DNA from: the human T2T-CHM13v2.0 reference genome, Homo sapiens
DNA: 64,000 nucleotides
Reading direction: 5' to 3' (one strand)
Assembly: GCF_009914755.1 (NCBI RefSeq)
Contig: NC_060941.1
Each line of letters begins with the position of its first letter. Within the stretch, counting starts at the first letter, position 1. The notes beneath the pieces were generated by a model that saw only the letters and a program-made list of their open reading frames with translations, was not told the origin of the DNA and did no database searches. A program made the position numbers and the translations under genes. This document shows, one piece after another, positions 16,670 through 35,335 of this stretch.

Positions 16670-17537
16670 CCATAGATCAAAGGAGCAGGAGAGAGAAGTC
16701 AGGAAAGTTCTGAGCACAACCCCACCCCAAACACACATGGAGTCCTCTCCTGACCCAGCCACATATGGAAGTCAATACTGCCAACAGCAAAGACATTTGG
16801 CCCAGACATTGGCCACCGAGTCCTCCCAGAACATCCAAGGAAGACGTCCTGAGGTCACTATGTCAGCAAATGGCCACATCTCGACCAGGTCTTTCCCAGG
16901 TCCAATGCTGTGCTCATCTCTCTGAGAAAACACAGGGGGAAGGAAACCTGGAGACGCCTGTATAACACAGAGGACAGGGACTCAGCCACAGGGCCATGGG
17001 CTCTGCAGAGAGGTAGCCTCTTCGTGGAGCAATACTGAGGATCATCACCCCGGGCACATCCAGGAATGAAGTGTCTCTGAACCTCATTCAGTCATGTCAG
17101 TCACCATGGCACCGTCAGTGGTTCCTGGAAGTTGTGTCACCCAAAAGTGATGGGCACAGGGGCCATGTTCCCCATCCCCGTCCTCCTCTCTCTGTCCTCA
17201 TGCCATGATCTCAGCTGCTCTGCTGAGCTCACACTCCCAACCCACCAGCCTCCCACCCCTCACTCTGGCCCTGTGGAGTCCCCAGAGAGGGGGACATGAG
17301 CTGGCCTGAGCTGCCCAGTGATAGGAACTCAGGAACCCGAGGAGGCTCAGTTCATGGGTTAGAGAGGGCCCAAACTCAGGCTGAGTGACCCCAGGCCCTC
17401 CGGTACTGCCTGCAGGCAAGACGGCAGGGATCCTGCCATCCTTTCAGGCTCTGAGTGGATGAGAGGGGACCCAGGCTCAATGAGCTTGCACCCATCCAAG
17501 GGGAAGAAATGACCCCACAGGGTCAGGCTTGACTCAC

Positions 17538-17585
17538 GCTGCTTCTCCTGGAGGATGCTGGATGTGCACGGCGCGGTCCCTTCTC
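17538..17585 (-). CDS. PITPNM3: PITPNM3 exon 4 (48 nt, phase 1-1), encodes (G)EGTAPCTSSILQEKQ
   Basis: Acceptor ttctttttctgcag|GAG, donor CAGC|gtgagt; lies within ORF 17359..17682. Confidence 0.96.
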
Positions 17586-18903
17586 CTGCAGAAAAAGAAA
17601 AGAAACATGAGCAGATCCTTGACACTGTTGCCAGGCACTGTGTTTCCCAGGGAGGCTGCTTGGAGCTGCCTCTGACCCTCACTCTAGAGCTTGGGATGGG
17701 CAGAAGTATCTCCTACCACTTCATGCCCTGCTCTGCCCTGACCTGACCTAGCCCTTGGCCCTTCATGCCACACCTGATGCCATTTCTGGGGAGAGTACGG
17801 CCTGGCTCCTCTGCCTCCTCAGGCGTTTTCACCTCTGTCTTGTCCTCCAGCTCCTCCTCTCCTCCCTCCTCTATAAAGCAGCGGCTTCCCAGGAGCTGCC
17901 TGCCTCTCTATACTCACTCTCTCCTTTGAGGGTCCACACTGAACTCCAAGCCCACAAACCACTGCCAGGGCTCTGCCTCTGGCCCAGGCCTCTCCCCTTA
18001 GCTCTGGATCTGCATATCCCACTGCCCCCCAGACGTCTTCTGTGGCCACTCCCAAACACTGCACACTCCCCATGACCAAAGCTTCCCTAGAAGTCTGCGG
18101 CCCCTCCCAAAATGTGTCTGTGGCTTCCTCTAGGGCCCCAGGTCTCTGAGGAAGGTTTCCAAGGCACAAAGCGAAGTCACCTCCTGGTCTCCCCAAGGGA
18201 CTCGAGAATCCTTCCCCATGCAAAGCTACCTCATTTCTTCCCCTACAGAACTGAAGGGCAACTCCAGTCTAAGAACCTCCTCCATCTCCACAGCCCACAC
18301 TCCAGGGCCTGGTAGATGACTCCTCTCCTGACCCCATGCCTGCCTCTCACAACCCCGTGCCTGCCTCTCACATGAAACTTCTCCAGGTGTTCATCAGAAT
18401 GAACTTCTCCAGGTGTTCTCCAGATGGATTCATTAGAATCCATCACCCTGTTTCTGTAGCCCTCTGCCTGCCAGGGCCATCTTCATGGCCCACGTCCCCT
18501 GAATCCTGGGGTCATGGCCCCCGGGCTCTCTCAAAAGCAGGCAGGGGTAAACAATGGGAAGAGTGTCCAGCTGGAATCTGGAGGCTGACTCCATTTCAGG
18601 CTCCCTCTGGCCTGCTGTGTGATGTAAGGCACAGCACTCTCCCTCTCTGGGTTCATTCCTACAAGATAGCACGGATCCAGTGCTCGCTAAGAACCTCCAG
18701 GTCCTGAAAGCCCTTGAGTGACACTGCATTATAATTGGATACCTGGATTCAAATGTCAGCTTCTTCACTTACGAACCATGCACCCTTGGGCAAGTTACAC
18801 AACCTGTATATGCCTCAATCTTCCAATCTATAAAATGGGGATAGTACTGGTACTTGCCTCGGAGGGTTACTGTGGATATTAAATGATTAATATATGTAAA
18901 GCC

Positions 18904-19314
<411 letters not shown>

Positions 19315-20336
19315 TTATTTACTTGTTTACTTCTAACCATTGATTCAAGACCTTGTCCCTTTTGTCTTCATCATGATCCCAGGTGCAGCCAGATAGAGAC
19401 AATCAATGGTTAATGCTAGATGCCAGCTCACAGCACTCCCTAGACCTAGGGGCCGTGACAAAGCCTAGGCCCAAGAGGGGCCCAGATAGAGAACAGAGAC
19501 CTGGACACCGTCATAGAGCAGTCCCCACACAGCACAATAGGATGGACGCAGACTGTTTCCCAGGTGCAACAGCAGCACAGATGTGGACAGAAACAAGGAA
19601 TGACCCAGTATCCAATACACAGGTCAGGGAGCGAAGACCAGCACCATGTCTGAGCACCAGCTAAGGCCCATGAAACTCTGGCGTCCCTAAGCAGTCAACT
19701 TTGACCACCCAGCAGAGCTGGGGCCTAGCAGAGAAATTAAGACATAAGACATGCATTCAAAAAACGCCTTCTATGGGCCAAGCCCCATGCTAGGGGCCAT
19801 GGAGGATACAGAGATGAGGAAGTCAGAGTGAGTGAGGAGCAAGAACACCTCTGTGCAGAGAAGCACACGGCTAACTGCAATGAGAGGCGAGACCGGCGGG
19901 GAGAGAGGGGGAGGGAAAGATTCATTCTGACTGAGGACTCCAAGGAAGCTTGTGCCAGAGCAGAGATTTCAGTTTTGACAGTAGAGGAAAGGGCATGGCA
20001 TTCCAAGCAGCCAGCAAGATCATGTTTATGGAATGCCAAGTTCAAGGCAAAGCGGGGGTGTGAGAGAGCATGGTCCCATTTACAGATAAGAAGGAAGGAA
20101 GGAAGGAAGCCCATTTACAGATAAGAAAACCAAGGCCTGAAGAGGTGAAGGAGCTTGCAGACTCTTCCAAATCCAAACCTCCTGCTTTTTCTATCATACT
20201 CCACCAAAACCAGCTGCATAATGAGGAAGGCCTCATGCAAAAAGGAAATGCCGGGTCCCTTGTTCAAACAGAAAAAAAAAATGTTGCTAAAGGTACTAAA
20301 ATATAACATTTTTCCTTTTCCCTGAGGATGCTCTAA

Positions 20337-20696
<360 letters not shown>

Positions 20697-21328
20697 AGTG
20701 TTTTCTATTTGCTACTGTATTTCCTCATGCCCAGGGAGACTTGAGGGATGAGTGCAGGCCCTCCCAGGCCCCAGGGTCCCTGCTCCTTAGCTTGGCACGT
20801 ACACACAGGCTCCACCAGCACCCAGGATCCCCCTCCTGCCAGCCACTGGGCCAAACAAACCATGCTGTGAGTGACAGTTGGAAAGTTGAGCCAAGCATGC
20901 ACCCCTCCCACAGGCCTGCTGGCCCCATCCAGGGTAGACAAGAGTATTGCAACCTCCATGCTGAAATGCACTAGTTGAGTGAGAGGTTTTTTCCCTCTGA
21001 ATCACCCTTGGAATGCTCTATGGCACTGCCAGCCCAGGGTGGGGACAGCTGCCTCGCCCCAAGACATGGTGGAGTATAAGCACCTAACCTCAGCCCTGCC
21101 TGCTCCCAGGCTCTGGCTTGGAGGGAGGCCAGCGGCTGTCCATGGGCAGGGGAAGGAGAAGAAAGCTGGGTGGGGGTGGGGCTGAGAAGCCAGAGGGCAG
21201 GAGAGCAGCAGGCCAAGATCCCAGGAGGCTTCAAGGCGGCAGGAGGCAGGACCATGTGAGAGCCGCCCACCAAGTACCCCCACACATATGCACTGTCCCG
21301 TCAGACTTCACTCACAAAACACAAACTT

Positions 21329-21719
<391 letters not shown>

Positions 21720-21987
21720 CTATAACACAGACACTTCTGGCATTTCTCGGGCATCTACTATGTGTCAGGCCCTGGAGGAGGGGAGGACTCCAGCGCAGGG
21801 AGGAGCCGGGTCTGAGTCATTACCTCCACATTCTCATGCCAAGTCCATAGTCGGTACTCACGGAGACAGTTTATGAGTTCTCCAGACCATCCAATACTTT
21901 CATTACCAGGGTGTAAATATGACTTAGCCTGGGCAGGATGTCCAGAGGTGGGGAGGTGGGAAAGTTGGGGAGGTGGGCAAGGATGAG

Positions 21988-22118
21988 AGCTGGGGTTGCT
22001 GGGAATGCTGGGGATGCAGCTGGGGTTGCTGGGAATGCTGGGGATGCAGCTGGGGTTGCTGGGAATGCTGGGGTTGTTGGGGTTGCTGGGGATGCAGCTG
22101 GGGTTGCTGGGAATGCAG
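21988..22118. repeat. G-rich minisatellite, 30-bp unit agctggggttgctgggaatgctggggatgc
   Basis: About 4 units built from 9-12-nt gctgggg subunits. Confidence 0.95.
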
Positions 22119-23632
22119 AGTTCAGAGGCCGGAAGAAGCTCGGGGACCCAGGTGCCAAGAGGCCAGGAGGTGAGTGTCCTGGAAACGCCAGTGCGCAAGC
22201 TTCACGTGGGTAAGAAGAGGGAAAATGTCAGAAAGGAGGTCGGGACCAAGCTCTGGGACTCCTCAAAGCCAGCCCTGAGTGCGGCCTCAGCTGCATAAGC
22301 CTTGAAGGCTGCACCTGGGCACGCAGGTGCTTTCTGGCTTGCCTAGTGCTTTCCCGCACATGAAATCGTTGGCTTCCATGCCTATGCAATAAGGCTGCTG
22401 AGCCTCAGCGAGGTAAAGTCACTTCCCCAACGTTGAGATCTGGTCCCTTGGACACCCCAATACTGGGAAGGGCTCTTCCCACAATTTCACCCCGCCTCCT
22501 ATTGGTCGGGGGCTTCCTAGAGCAGTGGCTTCCCAGGACGGCTCAGGCAGCCTGGGTAGTGCTTCCTGGAGGAGGAAGGCATGGGACAGCGAAAGGCTGC
22601 CACAGTCAGGGGCTGAGGGGTGAGGAGGACGGGAGCAGAGAAGGGGACATTTGCAAGGGGTGCAGAGAGGATGCGTCCAGAGGCTTGGGGACTGGCTGGT
22701 GTTTGCCTCGGGCTTCGTCTCTCCTGCAGCGCAGCCTGAGCCAGGCATCCCAGGGTTCCCAGGGCTGGTGAGGCCACCGACGGGGTCAGGAATAAGCCTG
22801 CTGTTTGATGAGGTAAGTGTGGCGCCCGGACAGTAGGAAGCCGGGCTTGCCTGCCCAGTCCAAGCCAGCTCCATCTTCCCTGGAAACCGCCAGCGAGGGA
22901 GGAGCCGGCTTGAACCTGGCTTCCTGATTTAGCAGGCTCCCAGGACGAGGGTGATTAACCAACTGTGCAGCTGGCTCAGCTGCCACCTAAATGAGACCCC
23001 ACTTAGCCTAGAGCTTTGCAAGGCTCATGGGCCTGACAGCTTTGCCTCTGCTGGAGCTTGTTTCAAGTGGAGGAGCTGCCAGAAACTCCTGCAGACAGGA
23101 TGGGCTACAAGGAACTGGGAAGGCAGAGTTTTGTCATGCACCCCAGGCTCTGGGCCCCACCAATCTTGCCTGTCCTGAACTCACACAGCCCTGGAAGGCT
23201 GAGCCACATCATCTTTTCTGAGAAGATGCTTCTGAGTCCCGCTAACGGTTTCCTGAGTGATTTTATAACTCTTCTTCCAATCCCCTCCCAACAAATCATG
23301 AGTTCCCCAAGTGCAAGAGAAGCAAAGTGTGTGGCCAAGAACAGCAAAGTGTGTGGCAAACTTCTGAAACAGGAGAGCCTTCCTGCATCACACTGGAGAG
23401 TTGGTGGCTGCGGAGAGAGTGATTCAGACAGACGGGGCCTTGGAGAATAAAGAATTGGGAATTCTCCTGATAAACCAGAAAGTGTCAGGAACAGCCCCTC
23501 TGGAGCAGAGACAGGAGCCGCTGAAGCCGGAATTTGCCCTGGGCTCTCCCCTTACTGGGCATTGGGAGCCCTGGCCAGGCTCCGGGCCAGACTGGTGGCT
23601 TTGCTCATGAAGCCTGGCTGAGGAGCGAAGAT

Positions 23633-23728
23633 CTGCGTGCTCCCTCCCTGCTCAGGCCACTCCCAACATGGAGCCTCCCCTGCATGCTCCTCCCTGCTCA
23701 GGCCACTCCCAGCATGGAGCCTCCCCTG
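23633..23728. repeat. ~46-bp tandem duplication
   Basis: tccctgctcaggccactccca(a/g)catggagcctcccctg x2. Confidence 0.93.
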
Positions 23729-25518
23729 AGCTGCAGGTTGAGACTCACGCTCATTACCCTTCACCTGGCCCAGCGTAAGCCCCTGCACTCATTCCCCGGC
23801 CCCTCCTGTTCTCCTCCACATTGGCTTCTAGAATAATCTTTCTAAAAAGTGGCTCTCCGCTCCCCTGCTTAAACCATTCAGTGGATCCACAGGGGCACTC
23901 CCAAGAAGGCGCCTAACTCCTCAGCCTGGCATTCAAGGCCTTCATCTCCAGCTTTTCCACCCCTGCCTCTTTTCCAAGACCTCCCACCCCTTTTTACCAC
24001 CCCCTAGCTCCACACCTCACCCCCAGCCCAATGCTCCACACCCCAACCTCAGACAGGACAAACTCCCCAAATCTCCATTCTTCCCATACCTTTTATTCTA
24101 CGTCTTTCCCATGTCTTTTATTTCATCCGTATGGTATGTTACATCGATTGATTTTCACATACTGAATAACTTTGCCTTCCTGGGCTCAATTCCGCTTAGT
24201 CCTTGACAAATCTTGTCATCTCACTATTCTTTTATGCTTGGGGTTTTTATATCTCTTCCAGGACAATTTATACTAACAATCTATGAGCTGTCATTTAAGG
24301 AATGACAACCTCATAGATTGTCCAACCTCAGTCAAGACAAACTCTCCAAATCTCCCTGCTTCCCACACCTCCCTCCGTACCTTTGTCCCTGCAGCTCCCT
24401 CTGCCCTCACTGGTCTGTCCCAACCCCAGCAAAGCCTCCTTACCTCCTCATGTGGCAGCTCCAGCGCTACCTCCTCTTTCAGCCCTCTGTGCCTTGTTCC
24501 CCATCTTGTTAGAGCAATTAGCTCACTGGACTGTCACTGCCCCACCCCCGTCTGGGAGCCGGTCAATTCTGAGTCCACTTCTGAGTCATCTGTGTGTCCC
24601 CTGCAGTGACCAGCACAGGGTCTGACACAGAGTAAGTGTCCATTCCTGTGCATTGCATGCATAAGTGAGGGAAGGAATGTATGAGTGCACAGTGAGCCCC
24701 TCACCACTTTGGGCTCAGACAGGGAGGAAAGGGACACACCCAGAAAAGCACAGCTGTCAGCAGAGTGGTCCGTGCTACAGACAAGAGACCAACTCAGCTG
24801 TGCTGGGCATGAGGACAGTGGTCTGGGAGAGGCTGGAGTATCAAGGAGGCTTCCCAGAGGCAGCGCATGGGATTGTGGGAGCTAGAGATGAAGTCAGGGG
24901 AAGAGCCGGGGCAAAGGCAGGAAGCTGACGAGCTCCGCATGAGCCCAGGGATCTCTCTGCAAGCAGCCCCCTGGCCACTTGACTAGGAGACAGTGGGGGT
25001 GGAAGAGGAGGGGAGGGATGGCCAGGAAGCCATGAATATCAGAATCAGAGATAACCTTGGTATTACTGGGTTTAGCAACAATTTGACAGCCCCTTTATGT
25101 CCCTCATGGTAGCTCTCCCAGGGCTGTTTGATTCCTGTAGTGATAGGAAACTTACTAACTCTGGAAATTTATGATTGCTAGAAGGAAGGCTGGAACCACA
25201 TTGTGGATGGCCTTCGGTGCCAGGTTGGGGGATCTATACTTCATACTGCAGTCAACAAAGACCTACTTGCCAATTTCGTGGCAGAATGATAGGACTGGAT
25301 TTCTATTTTAGAAGTGTCGTGGTAGGATTGGATAAAGATGGTAAACTGACTACACGATCTAGTCTTTTTCTCCTCCTCCAGATCCCTAGAAAATGACATC
25401 AAGCATTTTTATGTGAATTAATCTTTAGTAGCACTGTAAAATAAGAAGTGTCCTTAGCAGACCAGAAACTGTGTGGCATCCCCAAAAGTTAGAAGGCAGA
25501 GAGATCTAAGGAGGGAGG

Positions 25519-25680
25519 CAGGACTGGTTACATAATTTTCAGGGCCCAGTGTAAAATGAAAATGTGGGTCCCTTTGTTCAAACTAATTAAAAATTTCAAG
25601 ATGGCGACAGTAGAGTAGAAAATCAAGTGTGTGGAGCCTTGTGTGACTGCAAAGGACAAATGCTCACAAGGCTAGCCCAG
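25519..25680 (+). mobile_element. MER45A-like hAT-Tip100 MITE
   Basis: tacataattttcagggcccagtgtaaaatgaaaatgtggg...aatttcaagatggcgacag. Confidence 0.75.
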
Positions 25681-25728
25681 GAGAAAGAAAACCATAACCT
25701 CAAGCCTGCAAAGAAAGGTCTGTGGCTT

Positions 25729-25977
25729 GGCCAGGCACAGTGGCTCACGCCTGTAGTCCCAGCACTTAGGGAGGCCGAGGTGGGTGGATCATGAGGTCAG
25801 GAGTTTGAGACCAACCTGGCCAACATAGTGAAACCCCATCTCTACTAAAAATATTTAAAAAATTAGCCATGGGGGGCAGGAGAATCACTTGAACCCAGGA
25901 GGTGGAGGTTTCAAGGAACTGAGATCACACCACTGCACTCCAGCCTGGGCGACAGAGCGAGACTCCATCTCAAAAAA
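25729..25977 (+). mobile_element. AluS with internal deletion in the right arm
   Basis: ttagccatggggggcaggagaatc junction; TSD aaagaaaggtctgtggc. Confidence 0.93.
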
Positions 25978-26492
25978 GAAAGGTCTGTGGCCAGTGATGG
26001 AGGCAGCACAGAAGGAACAGCAGGCTTATGGGTGAAAAATACAGAAGCAAAGAAAGCTCTTGTGATCGATTGTCTGGGCTTCCATAGCAGAGGAGCCAGG
26101 TGTCTTGGTCCTCCCCCAACCCCTGCTTATGCCAAGCAAAGCATCTGTCCCAAAGTGTGAGAAAGGATGAGTGTTTGAAGGACAGGACACCATGGAAAGC
26201 TGAAAATACCCAAGAGGAATAAAACAGAAGCAACTGGCTCAACTCACACCAGTGACATTTTCTACCTTCTCCAATAATTCGATGACAGCAGGTTTCAGTA
26301 AACAGACATATTCCTATCACTCAGAGATAGATAGGCTGACAGGGAACTGCAAACACAAACTGGCATGTGCACAAATATTAGTAAATATTAGATAAAAGCC
26401 AACAATGTGGAAGGAAGATGTCCAACTCAGTGACTGAAGGGAAGAGGGAATTGGACCTGTGGAGTCCTTAAACCAACTTAGTGTCATGGTCA

Positions 26493-26685
26493 TTAGTGGC
26501 TCTCAAATTTTAGTGCATCGGAATCACAGGACTAGTTAAAATGTGGATTCTGAGCCCCGCTCCCAGAGTTTGGCTGATTCAGTAGGTCTAGGGGTCTAGA
26601 AATGTGACCCCCAAAGTCACATTTCTAACCAGTTCCCAAGAGATGTTAATGCTGTTAGTCCAGGGACCACTCTTTGAGAAGCGTG
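26493..26685. mobile_element. MER5A-like hAT-Charlie MITE
   Basis: tagtggctctcaaa...ctgattcagtaggtct...gggaccactctttgagaa. Confidence 0.8.
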
Positions 26686-26984
26686 TATTGAGATACAAGG
26701 TCATAAACCAGAGTCAGGGGGTGAATGGTAGGAAAAAATAGCTCTCTGGAATGCTAGAGGCAGAGAAATTAATCAGGGATACCCAGGCAGTGACTGCTTC
26801 CTTCCTGTCAACAAGAACGTGGCCTTGCTGACACTGTTTGTTTTAAGAACAAGAAGAACCTAGATTGTAAATCATTCCTTAAATGATAGCTCATAGATTG
26901 TTAGTATACATTATCCTAGAAGAGATATATAAACCCCAAGCATAAAAGAATAGTGAGATAACAAGTTTTGTCAAGGACTGAGTG

Positions 26985-29585
<2,601 letters not shown>

Positions 29586-29926
29586 AAAAGAATTTGGCAA
29601 GACCTGCTTCACTTGAATAGTGTTAATGGCAGCTGTGTGCCTCCTTAGATCATTCAAATCAAGATGTCTCCTGCTCTGTGTTGTAATCTCACCTATGATC
29701 TTTGGCTGAATAATCCAATCTTAAGTGTGTAGTTATTCCCACCCATATCTAACCTACCAGAAAACTCTGAAATGTTCTAAAACAAGCAGAAGGAGACTTT
29801 AAAAAATGTAGCATGAGCCCATGCTTCCATGAATTAAGATCAGATTGCTAATCAAAAGAATCAATCAGAGCACATGAAAATGAAAAGATGATTTTAAAAA
29901 ACAAACAAACAAAAAAACAAACCCCA

Positions 29927-30145
29927 GGCCTGGCACAGTGACATACGCATGTAATCCTAGCACTTTGAGAGGCTGAGGCCGGAGGATCGCTTGAGCCTAG
30001 GAGTCCAAGACCAACCAAGACAACACAGCGAGACCCTGTCTCTACAAAAAATTAGGCAGGTGTGGTAGTGCAGGCCTGTGGTCCCAACTACTCAGAAGGC
30101 TGAGGCAGGAGAATGAGACCCAATCTCTAAAAACAAAACAAAATA
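29927..30145 (+). mobile_element. AluJ with deleted right arm
   Basis: ggatcgcttgagcc J-type left arm. Confidence 0.85.
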
Positions 30146-30309
30146 CAGAAGAGCTGACCTGCAGAATGGAGACTGATGAAGAGAAAATGGGTGAGCTGTT
30201 GGTTAGAGTCAAAGCATATTCTCAGAACCCACCAAGGACCAAGAAATAAGAATAAGAAGAACAAGGTAACGTGTGGTTAGAAAAGTCTCTGGAAGAGAAA
30301 GAAATACTT

Positions 30310-30719
<410 letters not shown>

Positions 30720-30757
30720 TCAGAAACGTCGCTTGAAATTTCAGAATACAAGGACTA

Positions 30758-30922
<165 letters not shown>

Positions 30923-31580
30923 TTAAAAACGTAAATCTTCAGGAAGAGTAAAAACCATATTACTCACAAAGGAATGAGAATCAAATTTATCTCAGACTTC
31001 TCACCAACATCACTAAATTCAAGAGGCCATGGAGGAATAGCTGCAGAGATAGTTGGGAACGTGATAATGGAGGCAGATAAGCTCACATTCAAATGAGCAA
31101 GCAAAATAAAGACATGTTTAGCAATGCAAGGACCTAGAAAATTGCTATCCACAGTTCCTACCTGAAAGAATTACTAGCAGAGACATTCTAGTGAAAAGAG
31201 AAAGTAAATCCAAGAAGAAGTCAGGAAATTGAGGAAGTAGCAGTGAGACCTATATGCTACAAAGGGCAAATTTTACTGAATATAAATCATAGCTCAAAAT
31301 ACTTAACCCAAATAGAATGAGAAGGAGGGGGAGGTGGCGGAGGAGTTGTCACTGCCAAAGCCACCATGATGAGAAAACAAAACCCTCCCCAAAAGTAAAA
31401 CAGCAAAACTAATCATTAAGTTGAAATGAGAATTGGCAACATGAAACCAAATGGCCAGGGGCCATGGGAGCTGGGGAGTTAGGAAGAGAAGGAAGAAAAA
31501 AGGTACAAACATCCTTCCCTGTTCAGGGATAGCATAGATAGAGCTACTGACTTAATCCAAACCCTGGTAGAAAATGCCAG

Positions 31581-31888
31581 TTTTTATTTTTAATTTTTTT
31601 TTTTTTGAGACAGGGGCTCATTCTGTCACCCAGGCTGGGTTGCAGTGGAGCAAGCATGGCTCACTGCAGCCTTAACCTCCTGGGTTCAAGCAACCCTCTC
31701 ACCTCAGCCTCCAGAATAACTGGGAACACAGGCACATGCCATCACACCCAGCTAGTTGTTTAATTTTTTGTAGAGGTAGGAGTCACTCTCTTTACCCAGG
31801 CTGGTCCCAAATTCCTGGGCTCAAGCGATCCTCCCACCTCGGCCTCCCAAAGTATTGGGATTACAGGCATGAGCCACTGTACCTGGCC
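31581..31888 (-). mobile_element. AluJ
   Basis: TSD aaaat(g/a)ccagtttt. Confidence 0.92.
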
Positions 31889-33084
31889 AAAAATACCAGT
31901 TTTCAAATGTATGTTAAAACTGTACGTTTCTAGAACTACAAAAAAAGGAGGTATATAAGAAATTTGATGGTGTCAATAAAAAACAAGAAAAGGGGAAGGA
32001 GAAAACTGTATTGATAATATCTTTAATTTTATAGAGAATTTATAACCCAACATATACAGTATATAGATAATGTATATATTTTTTAACTCATAAGGAACAT
32101 TCACACACCCACACTAGACCAGGGTTTAGACAAGAAAGAATTTCAAAAAGATATCACGTTAGGGTCACATTGTCCGATCATAGTGGAATCAAATTGCTAA
32201 TTAACAAGAAAAAAATCTATTTGTCAGGATTCTTGTACATGGCTCTCAACAGCTCTTTGGGTAAAGAGGAGAACGTGGAGGTTTTGAACTATGTAGACAT
32301 GATGGACAGTGAGGGGGCTACTTATCCAAACCCTGTGGAATGTGTCCAACATGGCTGGATGCAGGTTTTCTGGGGACTGAGGTTATACAAGTTTGGGGTC
32401 CCCTTTTAAGGAAAAGATTATCCCCCCAAAAAAGCTTACTTTTATAAATTTTACCAAAAAAAGGTAATGGGTAAAAAAGCAAAAAAAAAAAAAGGTAACC
32501 TTGCTAGGACCCTCCCTTGGAAGGGAACAGTGCGTGTGTCATTTAAAAAATAAGATTAAAAAGCTCTTATCTCTAGAAATAGAAAAGCACAAATCACATA
32601 AATTCCAAGGAAGTAGAAGGAAATAATTAATGAAATAAAAGCAATGTTAATTTACAAAAACTAAGTAGAGAAAACGGTAGACAATAGAACTGATTAATAA
32701 AAGTAAGAGCTATTTCTTTGAAAAGACCATCGAAATAGGTAAGCCTTTGGCAAAACTTACTAAGAATGAGAGAGAAAGAGAAAGATGGAGGGATGGGGAA
32801 AAACACAAATGAACAATGAGGGGAATGAGAAAGAAGTCATAACTTTCGGAAGTTAATTGTTTTCAACTTGATGAAGGGCATTTCTGGAATCCTAGGGCGA
32901 GGGCCATGTTTGTTGGTAAAACATTGGAACGTTTCCATCACAGCACTACAGTCAGGATCCAACCAGAAAGCCCGCTACCGCTTGTCACTCTGCATTGACC
33001 TGGAGATCCCATGCAATGCAGTTTAAAAGGAAAAATAAGAAAGGAGAGTAAATGCTGGCAAAAATATAACTGTTAAGATTTGTA

Positions 33085-33742
<658 letters not shown>

Positions 33743-34539
33743 CTAGAAAAAACCCAAGAGAATCAACTGACAAACTATTAGAACCAACAGGAAATGTCAC
33801 CAAAGTAGCAATATTTCAAATATATAGCAGACTAATAATTTACTTCCAGAATATATATGAAGATCTCCTAAAATCCAATAAAAAGGATAAACAATCCAAT
33901 AGCATATTGGCAAAAATTATGTTTAAGAAATTCAGAGGAAAGAAAATATGATCAGTCAACACATTTATGAAAAGATGTTCAATCTCACTAGAAACCGGGT
34001 AAAGACAAAGCAAAACAAGAAAACGTTTTTACCCGACCATTACATAAAATGTTGAAGTTTGATAATATCAAATCTGGTAACACATTGTGGGGAAATGGCT
34101 AACTTAATCCATGGTTGGTGTGCAAATATAAATTTGCACTGTTTTTTGGAAAACCATTTGACAGTATCTATTGCAATTTTCAGTGCTTATACTTTAAACC
34201 CATAAAGCATTCTTATAACAATGAAAGATTCCAATGTCTATCACTGCAGAATGGTTAAATAAATTATGGTACAACTATAGTAGAGAATATTATAGTACAG
34301 GTAAACAGAACAGAGTGAATCTATATATACCCATATGAAAAGCTCTCCAAGATCTTCTGTTAAATGTGAGGGAAGAGGTAAGTTGCAGCACTAATGTCTA
34401 ATACCATCGACCTCTAGAGAGATACGTTGATCAACTCCACAAGGAGGTCTGTAATTGAAGGAATAACTAAAGGAGACTTTGGTTTTATTTGTTGTGTTTG
34501 ATTTTTTCCAATGAGAATACATTTAAGAAATCAGGTGGA

Positions 34540-35335
<796 letters not shown>

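Noticed and set aside
17580-17588. NAGNAG at the exon-4 acceptor (cagGAGAAG)
   Set aside because: CAG strongly outcompetes GAG; nothing in the sequence supports its use
21758-22298. Repetitive ORFs and CRISPR-like look of the 30-bp array
   Set aside because: Head-to-tail minisatellite without unique spacers, in primate DNA with no cas genes
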